A stretch of DNA of 64,000 nucleotides from Sphaerodactylus townsendi. Taxonomy: Eukaryota. The position numbers and the translations under genes are program-made. The stretch is taken from NCBI RefSeq assembly GCF_021028975.2, contig NC_059427.1, positions 125,488,001-125,552,000 on the forward strand. The letters are read 5' to 3'. The notes beneath the pieces were generated by a model that saw nothing but the letters and a program-made list of their open reading frames with translations, did no database searches and was not told the origin of the DNA. Positions 36,100-47,967 of the stretch are shown here, in pieces. Position 1 is the first letter of the stretch. Each line of letters opens with the position of its first letter.

Positions 36100-38163
36100 T
36101 CGATTTGTTAGTCGCCCTCCCCCGAAGGGCTCAGGGTGATGTACAGCATTAAAATATAAACAGAAATTAAAAACCTACTATACAATATTTAAAACAAAGA
36201 CCCAGATGGTGATAAAAGTCCTCCCTCACCCCCCCCCCCCCCCCGAGCCCACTGGAGGCTGGGATGATGGAACATACTTCAGCCTGGCTGGTCAAATGCC
36301 TGGCGGAACAGGTCCTTTACTGTAAAAAAGTTTTGTGGATATGAGCTTGCACTGTAAATTTAAAACGTATGGTGGATTATGGGGACTTGGATTTTTAAAA
36401 AATGTGTACCTACGCTTGGGGTGTGTGTGTGTGAAAGACAGAGAGAAAGACTCCTTGGCTGATTTTTCACATTGAAATTGCTCCTCTGTTGCCACAGGGA
36501 ATGCCCCAGTGCAATTGGGAGTTCTTCACGGCACCCAGTGCTGCTGCATGGCTGCCACGTTTTTGCACCGGAGCCATTCCATGCAGAGGTGGAGCAAGGG
36601 GAAACACACCACCACACCTCTGCCGTGGCTCCACCCAGGGTGTCGTGCCCCTCTTGCTCCATGGGCACTTCGCCACTGGCTCCACCAATTTCCTGAACCA
36701 CAAAGGTTGAGGTTCTTTTGAAATACCCCTTTGTTGCTCTGGAGGCTTCTGCTGCCATGCAAAACTTCTCCGTAGCAGAACTGGGGGGGCATTTTTCCTG
36801 CCTCGCCGCTCTGGCCTGCCCCATCAATGGACAGGTGCTGAGAATCAGTGCCCTCTCCTCCCCTTGCAGTGAAAAAAACACAGAGGGAGAAACCTTGGTT
36901 TTTAGAAAGGAGGGAGAAACCTTGGGCAGAAAAGCGGCTTGTGCAGGCACTGCTAATGTGACGATGGCGATTCTCTTACACACGCAAGGATTTTAGATTT
37001 AGATTTTAGACAGAGAGGGGTGGAGGATGGCAATTCCATCGCACATGCAAGGATTTTAGACTGGGGGGAGGTGAGGGCACTGATTCTCAGCGCCTGTTTT
37101 CTATTCAGAGTCATTTAAAACTAAAATAGTGAAAGTGAGCGGGGGAGGGGGAACAGGGGAAGATTCAGCCAGTCAGAACACAGGAAATGAAGGTCTGCAC
37201 ATGCGAGGAAGACACTGCGGAAGAGCTTGCGATGCAAATGGAGAAGCACCAGGCTCGTGAAGAAACATTTGGGGCATAATGCGCTGGCCCTGTCTCGAAT
37301 CCCATGAAGAACCAGGGAGCAGTGAAGAGTCAACAGTGTGGCAAAAAGTGCTGCAGCAGGCACGCTCCCCGGATCTACTATGGGGCATTTTGACTGTGAA
37401 AAATCAGCCCATGTAAAGAGAGCACCAGGGCACACTGGATCACTGGATCAATGAATAGCCTCCTTCCTCCTGGGATAATATAGCAATAGTAAGACATGCT
37501 TAGTTTTTTCTCACAGTCTGGTGGAACAGTGTTCAGTTCTAATTGTACAGAGCCTTTCATCTCAGAAAAGTGGGAATGCTGCCCAGATATGATGGCTCCA
37601 TCTCTTGGGTTCTTTTCTTCATTCTGCAGCTACCCACAATGCCCAGGCTGCCACCAAGACTCTGCTGAATGTCCCTTATGGGCTTGGAGAGGGAGAGAAA
37701 CTTGATGTGTATCTTCCTAAAGAGCCCTCTCAAAGTAAGAACACAAGGGATGCATTGTAAAGAAGGGGATGGAAAGTAGCAAAATGGTGATAAGGGTGTT
37801 AGTGACCGAAGGTTTCCAGAAAGTTTAAAGCCATGCAAAAAAAAACCCCACCCTCTTCCCCACCCATGAAAAACAGAAATTTGAGGGAAAATGGAAATAT
37901 ATGCCACATTTTCGTGTCCAACCTAAATCTTTTTTGTTGCTGTAACACCATTTATAACTTAGCATATAAAATTGTATTAATTGGCATATTTGTGGAATTT
38001 ACAAGTATAAATGCTTTAGTTTCCCATGAGCAAAATTTCAAGTAGGCCAAATATTGAAACAAGGGAAATCTGCCAATTGCCACATCCTATATTATCTTAC
38101 CGCTTTTCACTTATTAAAAAATAACTTTTTATTACTTCCCCAAATGTTCCCGTTTTTAATCAG

Positions 38164-38205
<42 letters not shown>

Positions 38206-41200
38206 ACCCACACACGCACACACACACACACCCACACACACCCACACCCCCCGTTCTCAGAATTTTCTACTGGAGAAAATGAAAAAAATCCTCAGACTTT
38301 TTCATACGATACATTTTGAGTGAGTAAAACCTAGCCTTAAAAAGCAATTTGCTGATTATTTTAAAGTATTTCATAGAATGTTTTTCAGTTCCCCTCAAAA
38401 TAGTTTTCCATTGGAAAAATGGAAAATAAGTCCTCAGGGGACGAGAAGGTAGATGGGGACAAACGCCCCCTGATCTTTTCCATTCTTCTTCTGGACTTTC
38501 ACATCTCTAGTCATGACTAAGAGCCACCCTATGGGGGGGAAAAGGAACAGAAGGAGTGGGCAGTGCAGTAGCTCTAGGTGGTGGGTTTTACTGTCTGGTT
38601 ATTCACAATATCTCTTTTCAGCCTTCCCCCTGGTCCTTTACATTCATGGTGGCTATTGGCAATTGCTGAGGTGAGTTATGCTGTACATTCCTTAAGCAAG
38701 GGAGAGTAATGGCTCTGAGCTTTTGCCCACATGACTCAAATGGGAGCCTTCCTCAGACAACAGAATTCCCCATCTCCTCCACATGGGATTCCTGGTCTCC
38801 TTGTTCTTGGGACTGGGATAATGGTGGTGATGAAAGGGTGTCCAATGACCATCTTTTCCTTTTTGCCTTCCTGCTTCAAGCAAAGAGGTTTCCGGGTTTG
38901 CTGCAAGGCCTCTAGTGACCCATGGCATTGCCTTGGCTGCAGTAGACTATGATGTGGCTCCCAAAGGTAACTGGGTGGAAGTTTCCCCCCTCCCTGTTCT
39001 ATTGTTCTTGCCATATTGTGACAAACTTGGATTCTGTGCTTTTTGCTCAGGCCAGTTGGAAGAGATGGTCAGACAAGTGCGTCGTAGTGTGGCTTTTGCA
39101 GTTCAACAATACACATGGATCAGGTAGGAGTTGCTTATATGCTTGTGAGGTGCTATGTGTCTGCATGAAGCTATCTGGAGAAGGGCTGCAAAGGCAGAGG
39201 ATCAGAAGGTGTAAAATCTCCCACACCTCCCTTCTACCCAGGGTGTGTGTGTGTCTGTGTAAATATATGTATGTACACACATATACATACTAGCAGCCAA
39301 ATTGTATGGCTTAATAAAATGGGCTCTAGCAGGAAGGGGGAGAGATACATTGTCTTTCCTGCCTGACTGCCTTCTCTGCTCCCCTATTTTCTTTGCTACT
39401 GCTTCCCTCTCCCCCCCTCCCAATTCACCTCTTGGTTCGGGGTGTGAGAGGATGGATGGGGGAGGCTTGTGGAATGCTTGTGCCATCCCAGGGTGATATG
39501 TGTGTGTGTGTATGGGGGGGGGGGGGGAATGGTCTCTCTGGATCTCAGAGTTCAACTGTTTACATTCTTGTCAGAAGTTTTGACTGCCTGAGTATGTGAG
39601 TGACAGGCTGGGAGTCCATCTACTCCTATCACTCATATACTCAAACTCTGTGAGAGATTAACATTTTACAGTCAGGCTTTTTTGCCTCTGCATGCTGCTT
39701 AGATCTGTCACACGGGCATCCTAGGGAGTAGCATCCTACCCAAGTCCAGCAAGGGGTTGATAGATGCCTCTGCTACCATTTGAGTTCTGGCAGTGCAATT
39801 CTACCGTCTTCTCTCTGCTCATTGCAACTCCATCTCATTTGCTCCTAGTGATGTTTATCTGCTTGGGCATTCAGCAGGAGCTCACTTGGCAGCCATGGTG
39901 CTTTCCACAGACTGGACAGAGTTTGACGTTGTGCCAAACATCAAAGGTAACTGTCTGGGATTTTCCACACCTTCCCTTTGTAGCTCTGTGAAATATCAGA
40001 TCAAATGTCCTTAATGGTCAAAATTGCTTCAGCATGACTTTTCTTTACTAAGGCTTTGTGGGTTTGTCTCTTTTCTTCTCAGGAGCCTTTCTGGTGAGTG
40101 GCGTGTATGACCTGGAGCCTATAATGCACACCTATGTCAATGATGTACTGCACATAAACCGGTGAGAGCTTAGAACAGGAGTGTACACAACTTGCAGAGG
40201 CTAGCAAAATGGGACTACTTGAGACACTGTTTCTTCTGTGCTTGCTTCTCTTGCCTGCCGTTGATAGCCTACAGCAAAGATATGGATGGGTCACTAATAT
40301 CTTTGTGACCAAGGCATTGGGGCCATTCGGCTCCCTGCTCATGAACAGGCACACTAGGTGCCAAAGAAGTTGCCATATTCATTCCACAGAAGGTTGTTTG
40401 GTCTCCTGTCAGCTGAATATCACTGCCTTAGGGCTTCACTTCATACAAATTGAACACAAGTATGAATGGTGGGTTGGAGATACACATAGCCACGCAGCAA
40501 GTTTGAGTTCTGTTCTATTTTATTATCCTGGGTTGCCCCAAGATAAACATCTGGCTTTTGTCTCCAAATACATTCAATCCCCACTCTATTTGTCTCTCTT
40601 CACTGTCCCACAGAATCTATTCTCATGAACATGTTGCCAACTGTGCCCGCATTTTGTTCACATTTTTATCACAACATACAATCTAGTTTGACCACCTAAA
40701 TCCACACGCACGCACACACGCACGTGCACACACACACACAGAGTTCTTCCATATCCAAAGACTCTGCTTTCTTACTTGCATCTTAGAGGCTTGTAAAAAG
40801 GTGTTCTATGCAAAAACTAGAATCTCCTTGCTTTAACAGAAGCGCTGCCCACTCCATCTGACTCTGTCTTCTTCTGATCTCTGCATGATATATTACCTAT
40901 TTGACTTTTCCTAGGGAAGTGGTCCAGTCAAACAGTCCTTTGCAGCGTGCCCATAAGTTGGAGGGCAAGAAGGGTTGCCGTGTACTAATTGCTGTGGCAC
41001 AACATGACTCTCCTGAATTTCACAGACAATCCTGGGAGTACTTTGAGGTATGCATGTAGGTGGATCTCCACTCTTCCTCCAAATCTCAGTTGTCTAGTCA
41101 TCAAACAAATATATTTCTAGACACCAGCAACAAATAGGTTCAGGACAGTTTTGTTAAATGCCTTCTTCCTCACAGGCTGTACGCTCAGCTGGCTGGAGTG

Positions 41201-41924
41201 CCTCCTTTCTGGACATCGCAGACAGAGATCACTTTGATGTGGCTGAGAAACTTTCCCAAGAGGACTATGTTCTCACACAGGTATAAAAGTAACATGAGGC
41301 TGCTGCTTCAGGCAGAGTACAATACCCTGCCTCTCAAGAATCAGTGATTAATTTGTGTGGCTTGGAGAACTGGTAATAGTAGCTAGAAGCAAGCAAGACT
41401 TCTGAAGATGCTGGTACAAAAATGATTGGATTTACCAAGCTTAGCTTTGCTATCAGTGTAAAAGGTGTCAACCAAATACCCCCTTCACACAAACACCTTG
41501 CACCATGTGAGCTATTTTCCTACGTGATGTGATTCCATGCTGGTAGATTATTCTGATATTCTGATTATTCTGATGGTCATTGTGGTGATGATCCCAAAGT
41601 ATTGTTCAGCCATTATTGCCATCTGTACAAATCAAATAGGAAAGATACACACAATTGGCTTTGTGGTTGGAATAATACCCTGGAATCCCAAGTGGCATGA
41701 GATTTCCCCATAGAGAAGTATCGGTAGGTCCTGTGATGTGGTGTGAGAGACAGACAGACCCAACTCTGGTTTCATTATTTGCCTCTTGCATATTTCTCTG
41801 AACTCTAAAGCAGTTCATGTACTTTCAAAATGCTTGTACCATCTGTTCAACACAGACATATCTCTGACTTGTGCTTTTTTTCTTGATGATTCAGGTTATT
41901 TTGAATATGATTTCAGGAGAGTGA
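33003..41924 (+). CDS. AFMID: Kynurenine formamidase (arylformamidase), 291 aa; exons 33003-33032, 35168-35255, 37630-37734, 38622-38670, 38881-38966, 39051-39123, 39849-39946, 40083-40161, 40915-41047, 41176-41280, 41895-41924
   Basis: [10 protein letters not shown]|[11 protein letters not shown]; HGGYWQ oxyanion motif; GHSAG nucleophile; HDSPEF Asp; DHFD His; 876 nt in frame. Confidence 0.95.
36029..36100. repeat. (TTTA)n microsatellite at a retroelement tail
   Basis: Tandem TTTA run. Confidence 0.95.
38166..38247. repeat. Imperfect (CA)n microsatellite
   Basis: Tandem CA run. Confidence 0.95.
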
Positions 41925-42308
41925 CTGGTTGGACAACAACAGAGCTCTCAGGCCAAAGTTTTCTGCTCCATCTGTGAACATGTCTGCATCATTCATACAT
42001 TGCCTTTTTCTTGAATGTCTGTCTGCAGTGCCTTCGTCTTTCAAACGGAGAATGGCCTTCCTCTCGTACTCTCCTTTTCTGACTACAGTTGTAGCCAATC
42101 CTGAGGGTTTTTTTTTTTGGAAAAGCAACATCTGTTTTGATCTGAGTCATACTCTTCCTCCTTGATTTTCTGCAAGGTATACTTGAAGGGAATGTAGTTC
42201 CTTATATGTGGACTGCATGAGTCACACATGGAAACAGCCTCCTAAGTAGACTTTAAATTCCTCTTCTGTGAAAAAAACTGCTTTCTTCCAGCTTATTGGG
42301 AACATTAA

Positions 42309-42314
42309 AATAAA
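42309..42314 (+). terminator. Probable AFMID polyadenylation signal
   Basis: AATAAA overlapping ATTAAA, 385 bp after the stop codon. Confidence 0.55.
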
Positions 42315-42868
42315 ATTGGGGCATAAATTTTAACTGGATTCCTGTTATAAATCACTTGTTCCCAGGAGCTGGTCTGGCAATGAAGCTGAGCACATAATTA
42401 TTGCATAAATCACTACCTTTCCTTATTGTTTGAGCTGTCAGCTGAAGAACATGGTCTTTCTCTTATGGTACAATCTGAATACTTACTAAAACCTTGGGTC
42501 CATATCACACTACCTAATATGGAGGCAGATATTTAGTGTTACTGTTACTGTTCACTGTGGCAAAATGTTTTTTCCCCCAATTCTGCTACCTGATTTTTAT
42601 TTTTTTTAGAAATCTGGAGATACCAGAGACTGGTGCCTCCTCACAAATGTTTAGCAGGGCCAGGGGGCCTGTTCCTTGATTCCTTCCTGCACAATTGAAT
42701 TCCTGCACTGTTTCCTTCCTGCACAATTGAAAGGCAGTCTGCTGGGTATCTGAGTGCTGTCCAGAGTTTATTTAGGGCAGAAAAGCAGCTAGAGTGAGGT
42801 GCATCTGCTCAATTCATTAAGAATGTGAATGCTTCAGACCAGAGGCATAGCAAGGGAAGGCATAGGCA

Positions 42869-43203
42869 TGGACCAAGGATTGCATGAGATTTTATACCTC
42901 TTTCTCCAGGCATTTTTCTTCAAATTGTACTAATTATAATTTTTGCATCTGAACATTATGCTTGTTAAATTGTTTCTGGTTTTTTCTTTATTTTTGTGAA
43001 GACATGCCAAAGCAATGGCAGAGGGCTGAGTTCTACACGGTTTTGTGCTTCACAAGAGCTTTTCAACCACAAAGAGAGTCGAAAACCTATGATCATAGTA
43101 TTGTCCCTTATGAATGTGCTGCTTCCTAGTATTCCCTGAAGAGCAAGGTGACATTCCCTCCCCACAAATCACTGATTTCTCTGGTACAGTATCCTAATAC
43201 CTT
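42869..43203 (-). repeat. 335-bp inverted duplication, copy 2
   Basis: See 21812-22146. Confidence 0.95.
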
Positions 43204-44380
43204 TCTCGGGTCAGAGACATAGAAGGGGGAAATGGTGCCTGGGGCAACAACTGCTCCCCACTTAACTTAGCTGGTGGTGGTGGTCCCAGGCAGCCTGGCT
43301 GGGCCAGGTCTGACCAAGTGGGGCCGGGCTGAGAGGCGCCCTCACCAGGCCGAGCCAAGGGGGAAAGGAGGGGGGAATTTCTGTCCCCTTTGTGACCAAA
43401 CAGGGACTGCCCGGGGCATTTGCCCCCAGGCTGCCCCATGGAAGCTCCACGTCTGCTTCAGACCAGATCGAAAACCTGTTCTGAGCTACTGTAGAATCTG
43501 GACTACATTTATACTGCTGCTGTTTTTTTTTTTTTAGTTTCCCCCAAAATGACTTCCACAGGAACTGAACAGAATATCTCACTCCTCACACCTCATGGGA
43601 AGCAGGATAGCCTGAAGGGAATAGAACCAAATTATGATTGAGGAAAACCCAGTTGCTCACCAGTCCTCATTCCCTAGTGAAAAGCTCTTTTATATGGATG
43701 AGGGAAGCCAATAACAATCCCTGCCTTACAGTGGCCCGAACCACTTTCCAGACAGCTTGCCATGTTCCAAGGAAAGTCCTGGCAGGCACCATGCTGCCCA
43801 TAAGTACCACATAGTACAACCTTGCTTTTTAGATTATTTATATTTAGCAATACACAATGGCAGGAGTTGGTGTTTTAATTTGCTGAGAGTAGGTTTTCCA
43901 TAACCATGATCCAGATGTCAAAATGTCTCTTATTTTACAGCAGTTCTGCAAAACACCTTTCTTGAGGGCATGTGTAAACCTGGTTGTTTAATATATCTTG
44001 GGTTACATTCCTACATGTACCAACTTGAAAACATGTTCCATAAAATTGAATAGGACCAGAGTTGTCAACTTCCAGGTGGAAGCTGGAGATCTCCTGGAAT
44101 TATGAATGATCTCTAGGCAACACAGATAGTTAATTTATTCAAACATTTTTCCACTTCTCCTGGGAAAAAATGGCTGCTTTGGAAGGTAGACTGTTTGGCA
44201 TTATATCCTACTGAGGTCCATCCCCTTCCTAAACTTCATCCTCCTTGGCTCAGCCTTCAAATCTCCACGTATTTCTGAACCTGAAGTTGGTAACTCTAAG
44301 TAGATTTACCTCTAAGTAAATACACTCAGGTGTGTGCTGCACATTGTTTTATTGTCCTATAGGAGAATCAAAGGGACTTC

Positions 44381-44659
44381 ATATTTCCCCTTTTTCTCCT
44401 GCAAGTAGACTCAAAGGGGCTTACAAACTCCTTTCCCTTCCCCCGTCACAATAAACACCCTGTGAGGTAGGTGGGGCTGAGAGAGTTCAGAAGAACTGTG
44501 ACTAGCCCAAGATCACCCAGCTACTGTGCGTTGGAGTGTACAGGCTAATCTGAATACCCCAGATAAGCCTCCACAGCTCAGGTGGCAGAGCGGGGAATCA
44601 AACCCAGTTCCTCCAGATTAGAGTACACCTGCTCTTAACCACTATGCCACTACTGCTCC
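44381..44659 (-). mobile_element. tRNA-derived squamate SINE
   Basis: Reverse-complement match to 22336-22620. Confidence 0.8.
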
Positions 44660-45663
44660 ACTGTTTAGCTGGGACAGTTCTTCTGCTGCCACATTCTCTG
44701 TTTCCTCATGCTCCTGCTGTTAGATTTCGTTTAGAGTCATGGATGTGCCCAGTAGTGTGTGTGAATGCAGTTTATAGAAACTTCTCCAGAGACATAAATG
44801 TAAAAGGTAAAACTTACATTTATTCAATCATCTTCAGTTCACAACTTTGTTCCAAGAAAAGGTAGATAGAAAGAACCCTAGTCTAAAGAGATTACTTTCC
44901 CTACAACAAGTGGGCACAACTAACGTGCCATCACGTGTGTGGAGGTGAGAGGATGCTGCAGTGGGAAAGGCCCCACTGAGCAGGCTGCCATTAACCATGC
45001 GCTCGGGTCAAAGGCTAGAGCAGAAGTGAAGCTAGCATGGGGAAGAAAGGAAGTTCGTGGGTGGTCTCCTGGCCCAGACAAGGAGGGCAAACAAGAGAGG
45101 CAACATCACAGTTAGAGTGAGATACACAGCACCCCCCAGCGTCCAGGCATGCAGAAGTCGCTTATTCCAACAGCTGCCGTGTGGATGCTAACTTCCAGGT
45201 GGGATCACAACGTACAAACAAACAAAAAGGTGAAACAAAAGACCTGAAAACTAACTACTTTGCACCTGGTGGCTTTGCACCTGGTGGCTTGCAGGACAAA
45301 AGTACTGAATAATCCCCAAGATAAATAAAAGCTTGTTCCTGTCACAAACAGTGCTTTGCAATCTCAGTTTTAATCTAAACAAAGTACAAGCGTATGCTAA
45401 ATGAATGAGTTTTGTCCTTGATGCAAATTGTGTCTTACAATTTCAGTAGTCTTGATGAAGTCTAAATTTATGCTGTAAATGAGTCCATGTTCATATACTT
45501 GTTTTCTCAGTGTCTGGTGCTTCAGGCTGGTCTCACCAGCTGTATTACTTTACAAAACAAGATAAACAGTAACAAATAAATGATATAGTTACCATCCAAG
45601 ACTGCATTTTGACTCTGTTCCTCATTAAGCCTGCTAAAAACTACAAGTCAGTATGGTGTAATG

Positions 45664-46034
45664 CAGCCAGGGTCTCCAAAGTGGATAATATAAGACCCCT
45701 GGGGGTCAATGGGACTATCCAAGGGGTCAATAAATGCCATGGGGTCAAAAGGGGGTCGATAGACATTGGGCTTGATTATGAACTTTTGGGGTCAAAGCTG
45801 ACATTTGTATAAGAAATAGAAATACATTAAATGATACAATAAATTTAAATTGTAACTTATTGATGCACGGCTGCTACATAGCCCCGATTGGATGTTACAT
45901 GTTATTGTTATGCAAATAAAGGAATGTATTATTGCTAATATTTATTTAGTTATTTATTTTACATATCTAGGGATCGATGAGGGATCAAGGATCCCATGAA
46001 GGGGTTGATGGTCTAAAATGTTTGGGGGCTCCTG
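45664..46034. mobile_element. hAT MITE nested in an older inverted-repeat element (45613-46214)
   Basis: 8-bp TSD gtgtaatg at 45656-45663 and 46035-46042; cagggtctccaaa / tttgggggctcctg termini. Confidence 0.75.
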
Positions 46035-46541
46035 GTGTAATGCGTAGTCTATAAGCAAGATACTGCCATCTTCAGGTGATTTTGTTTAGTTACTCAGGGG
46101 CAGGACTCCTGTACATTTACTCAGCATCATACCCGGATTAATTAGAATCACCTGAAGATGGCAGCATTTTGTTTATATCACAGAGATAGGAGATTAGGCT
46201 TAATGAGGAACAGGTTGTATCCCACTGAGATCCCTCTTATCCCCTGTCTCTATCCCCAAATCTCCAGGAACTTAACAACGTGGGGCTGGCAACTCTGTCC
46301 TGCCATGCCTGATGGTTTTTCTACAAACTGCTGTTAAAGGATGCTAGAAGGTACAGTAGCCCCAGACTCCATCTTTTCAGGGGTCGGAGCCTTATATATA
46401 TATTTCAACAGAGAATGCAATGTTGCTTTAAAAATCCAGTTGTACATCACTTGAGTTTGAGAAGGAGCAGCAACACGGTCCATCCCACCCAAAGGCTTTG
46501 AAAAGTTTGCAAAACGTTTTGCAAACATTTTGAAAATAAAT

Positions 46542-46676
46542 CAGTGGTGGGATTCAGCAGGTTTGCACCACTTTGGCAGAACCGGTTGTTAAACTAGTGC
46601 CCGTAAACAACCAGTTGTTAAATTATTTGAATCCCACCACCAGAACCAGTTGTTAAATTATTTGAATCCCACTGCT
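46542..46676. mobile_element. hAT-type MITE with duplicated right end
   Basis: cagtggtgggattca at the left; aaccagttgttaaattatttgaatcccac occurs twice at the right. Confidence 0.65.
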
Positions 46677-47839
46677 ACATAAAATGGTGGGAAGCCAGAG
46701 AATCATCCTAAAATGGTGGCTGACAGGAGAATCAAAAGTATCAGAGTAGAAGTGGCCGGGGTCAGGGAGACTGCAAAATTGGGTGGGAAAAATGAAATGT
46801 TTCCTGCTTTCCACACAAGCAAGCAGGCAATGTTTGAAAAACGTTTCAGGGAAAAAGAACGCTAGAATGCGTTTTCAACGTAAAACATTGTAAGGGGGAA
46901 AAAGTGTTCAAAATGAAAGCTGTGCTGAATTCCAACTGGAAACTTTTATATTTCAGCCTTTAAACGTTTCATTTGTGTTGTTCAGAATCGACTGCAGTCT
47001 CCACCGTGCTTATTCTCAGTGTTCTGTTATTCACTGACAAACTGTTATTCACTGAGAAAGCTAATCAATCTTAAGTGCTAAATTCTTTATTTCTGTCTGT
47101 GTGTGGCTGGGACGGGGAAGGGAAGGTATTAACTGAAACATTTTACAGATGAAAATTGGTACTTTTTGTAACATCCCAGTTTTCATCCCAAGGATAATTG
47201 TTCAAGGCCCGCCCCATTGTGCACACTGGGCCTGCTGTGTGTTGTGTTTATTTACTATACACCAGACACTTCACAATATACCTTAGCAGTACAAATATGC
47301 AAAACAGCTAGCTGTGAACATCATGGCTTCTTAGAGTTGAGATGTGAGCATTAAATAACATGAATCCATTCTTCATGCTGAGATTTAAATTGCAACGACT
47401 TGAGGAGGAAGCAAAATGCTGACAAATAATATATTTTTAAAAACTACCCTGCCATTACAACCATTTTAAAAAGATGTACTCAAAGGACAGAGGGGCAATG
47501 CTTTCTGAAGGACAGAGGAGAACATGGGCCAGATGGAAAGTATGTAGATTCCCTTAAAAATACACATTAGAACAGGATTATTCAATGAGCAAATGAACTT
47601 TTGAGGAGTAAAACTTTGAAGTACTTTGAAGATGACTTTGAAGTACTGCTTTGAAGAAGAGCTAATAACCCTGATTGATATAAAAATCTGATCTGATATA
47701 AAAATGGTGGCATTCAAAGCAGGCTTGGTACCATTTTAGTTTTCCAGTACTGCTGCTGATCTGAAAAGTCACAGTTAATGAAAAAAAAATCTACTGAAAT
47801 AGCATTCATTAGGAAACTAGCTAAGATTTCGGGAGAACA

Positions 47840-47967
47840 AGCCACTCGCCCGCGAGCTTACTGTAGAGACTACAACTCCCAGAAATCCTTTGGCGCAGTA
47901 TAACCCAAGATGCTCTGCGGGTCTGTCTCATATTTCCCGCTGTCGTTTAAACACGGCTGTGTTCGTT
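47840..47967 (+). promoter_or_regulatory. BIRC5 core promoter
   Basis: ACTACAACTCCCA at 47869-47881 (ZNF143/THAP11-type); E2F-type TTTGGCGC at 47889-47896 and TTTCCCGC at 47933-47940; CHR-like TTTAAA at 47946-47951. Confidence 0.7.

Noticed and set aside
36360-36996. 207-aa minus-strand ORF and overlapping ORFs in AFMID intron 2
   Set aside because: Made of MITE and other repeat fragments; no recognisable protein.
46148-46170. CTGAAGATGGCAGC resembling a hammerhead core
   Set aside because: No stem II closure or GAAA downstream.
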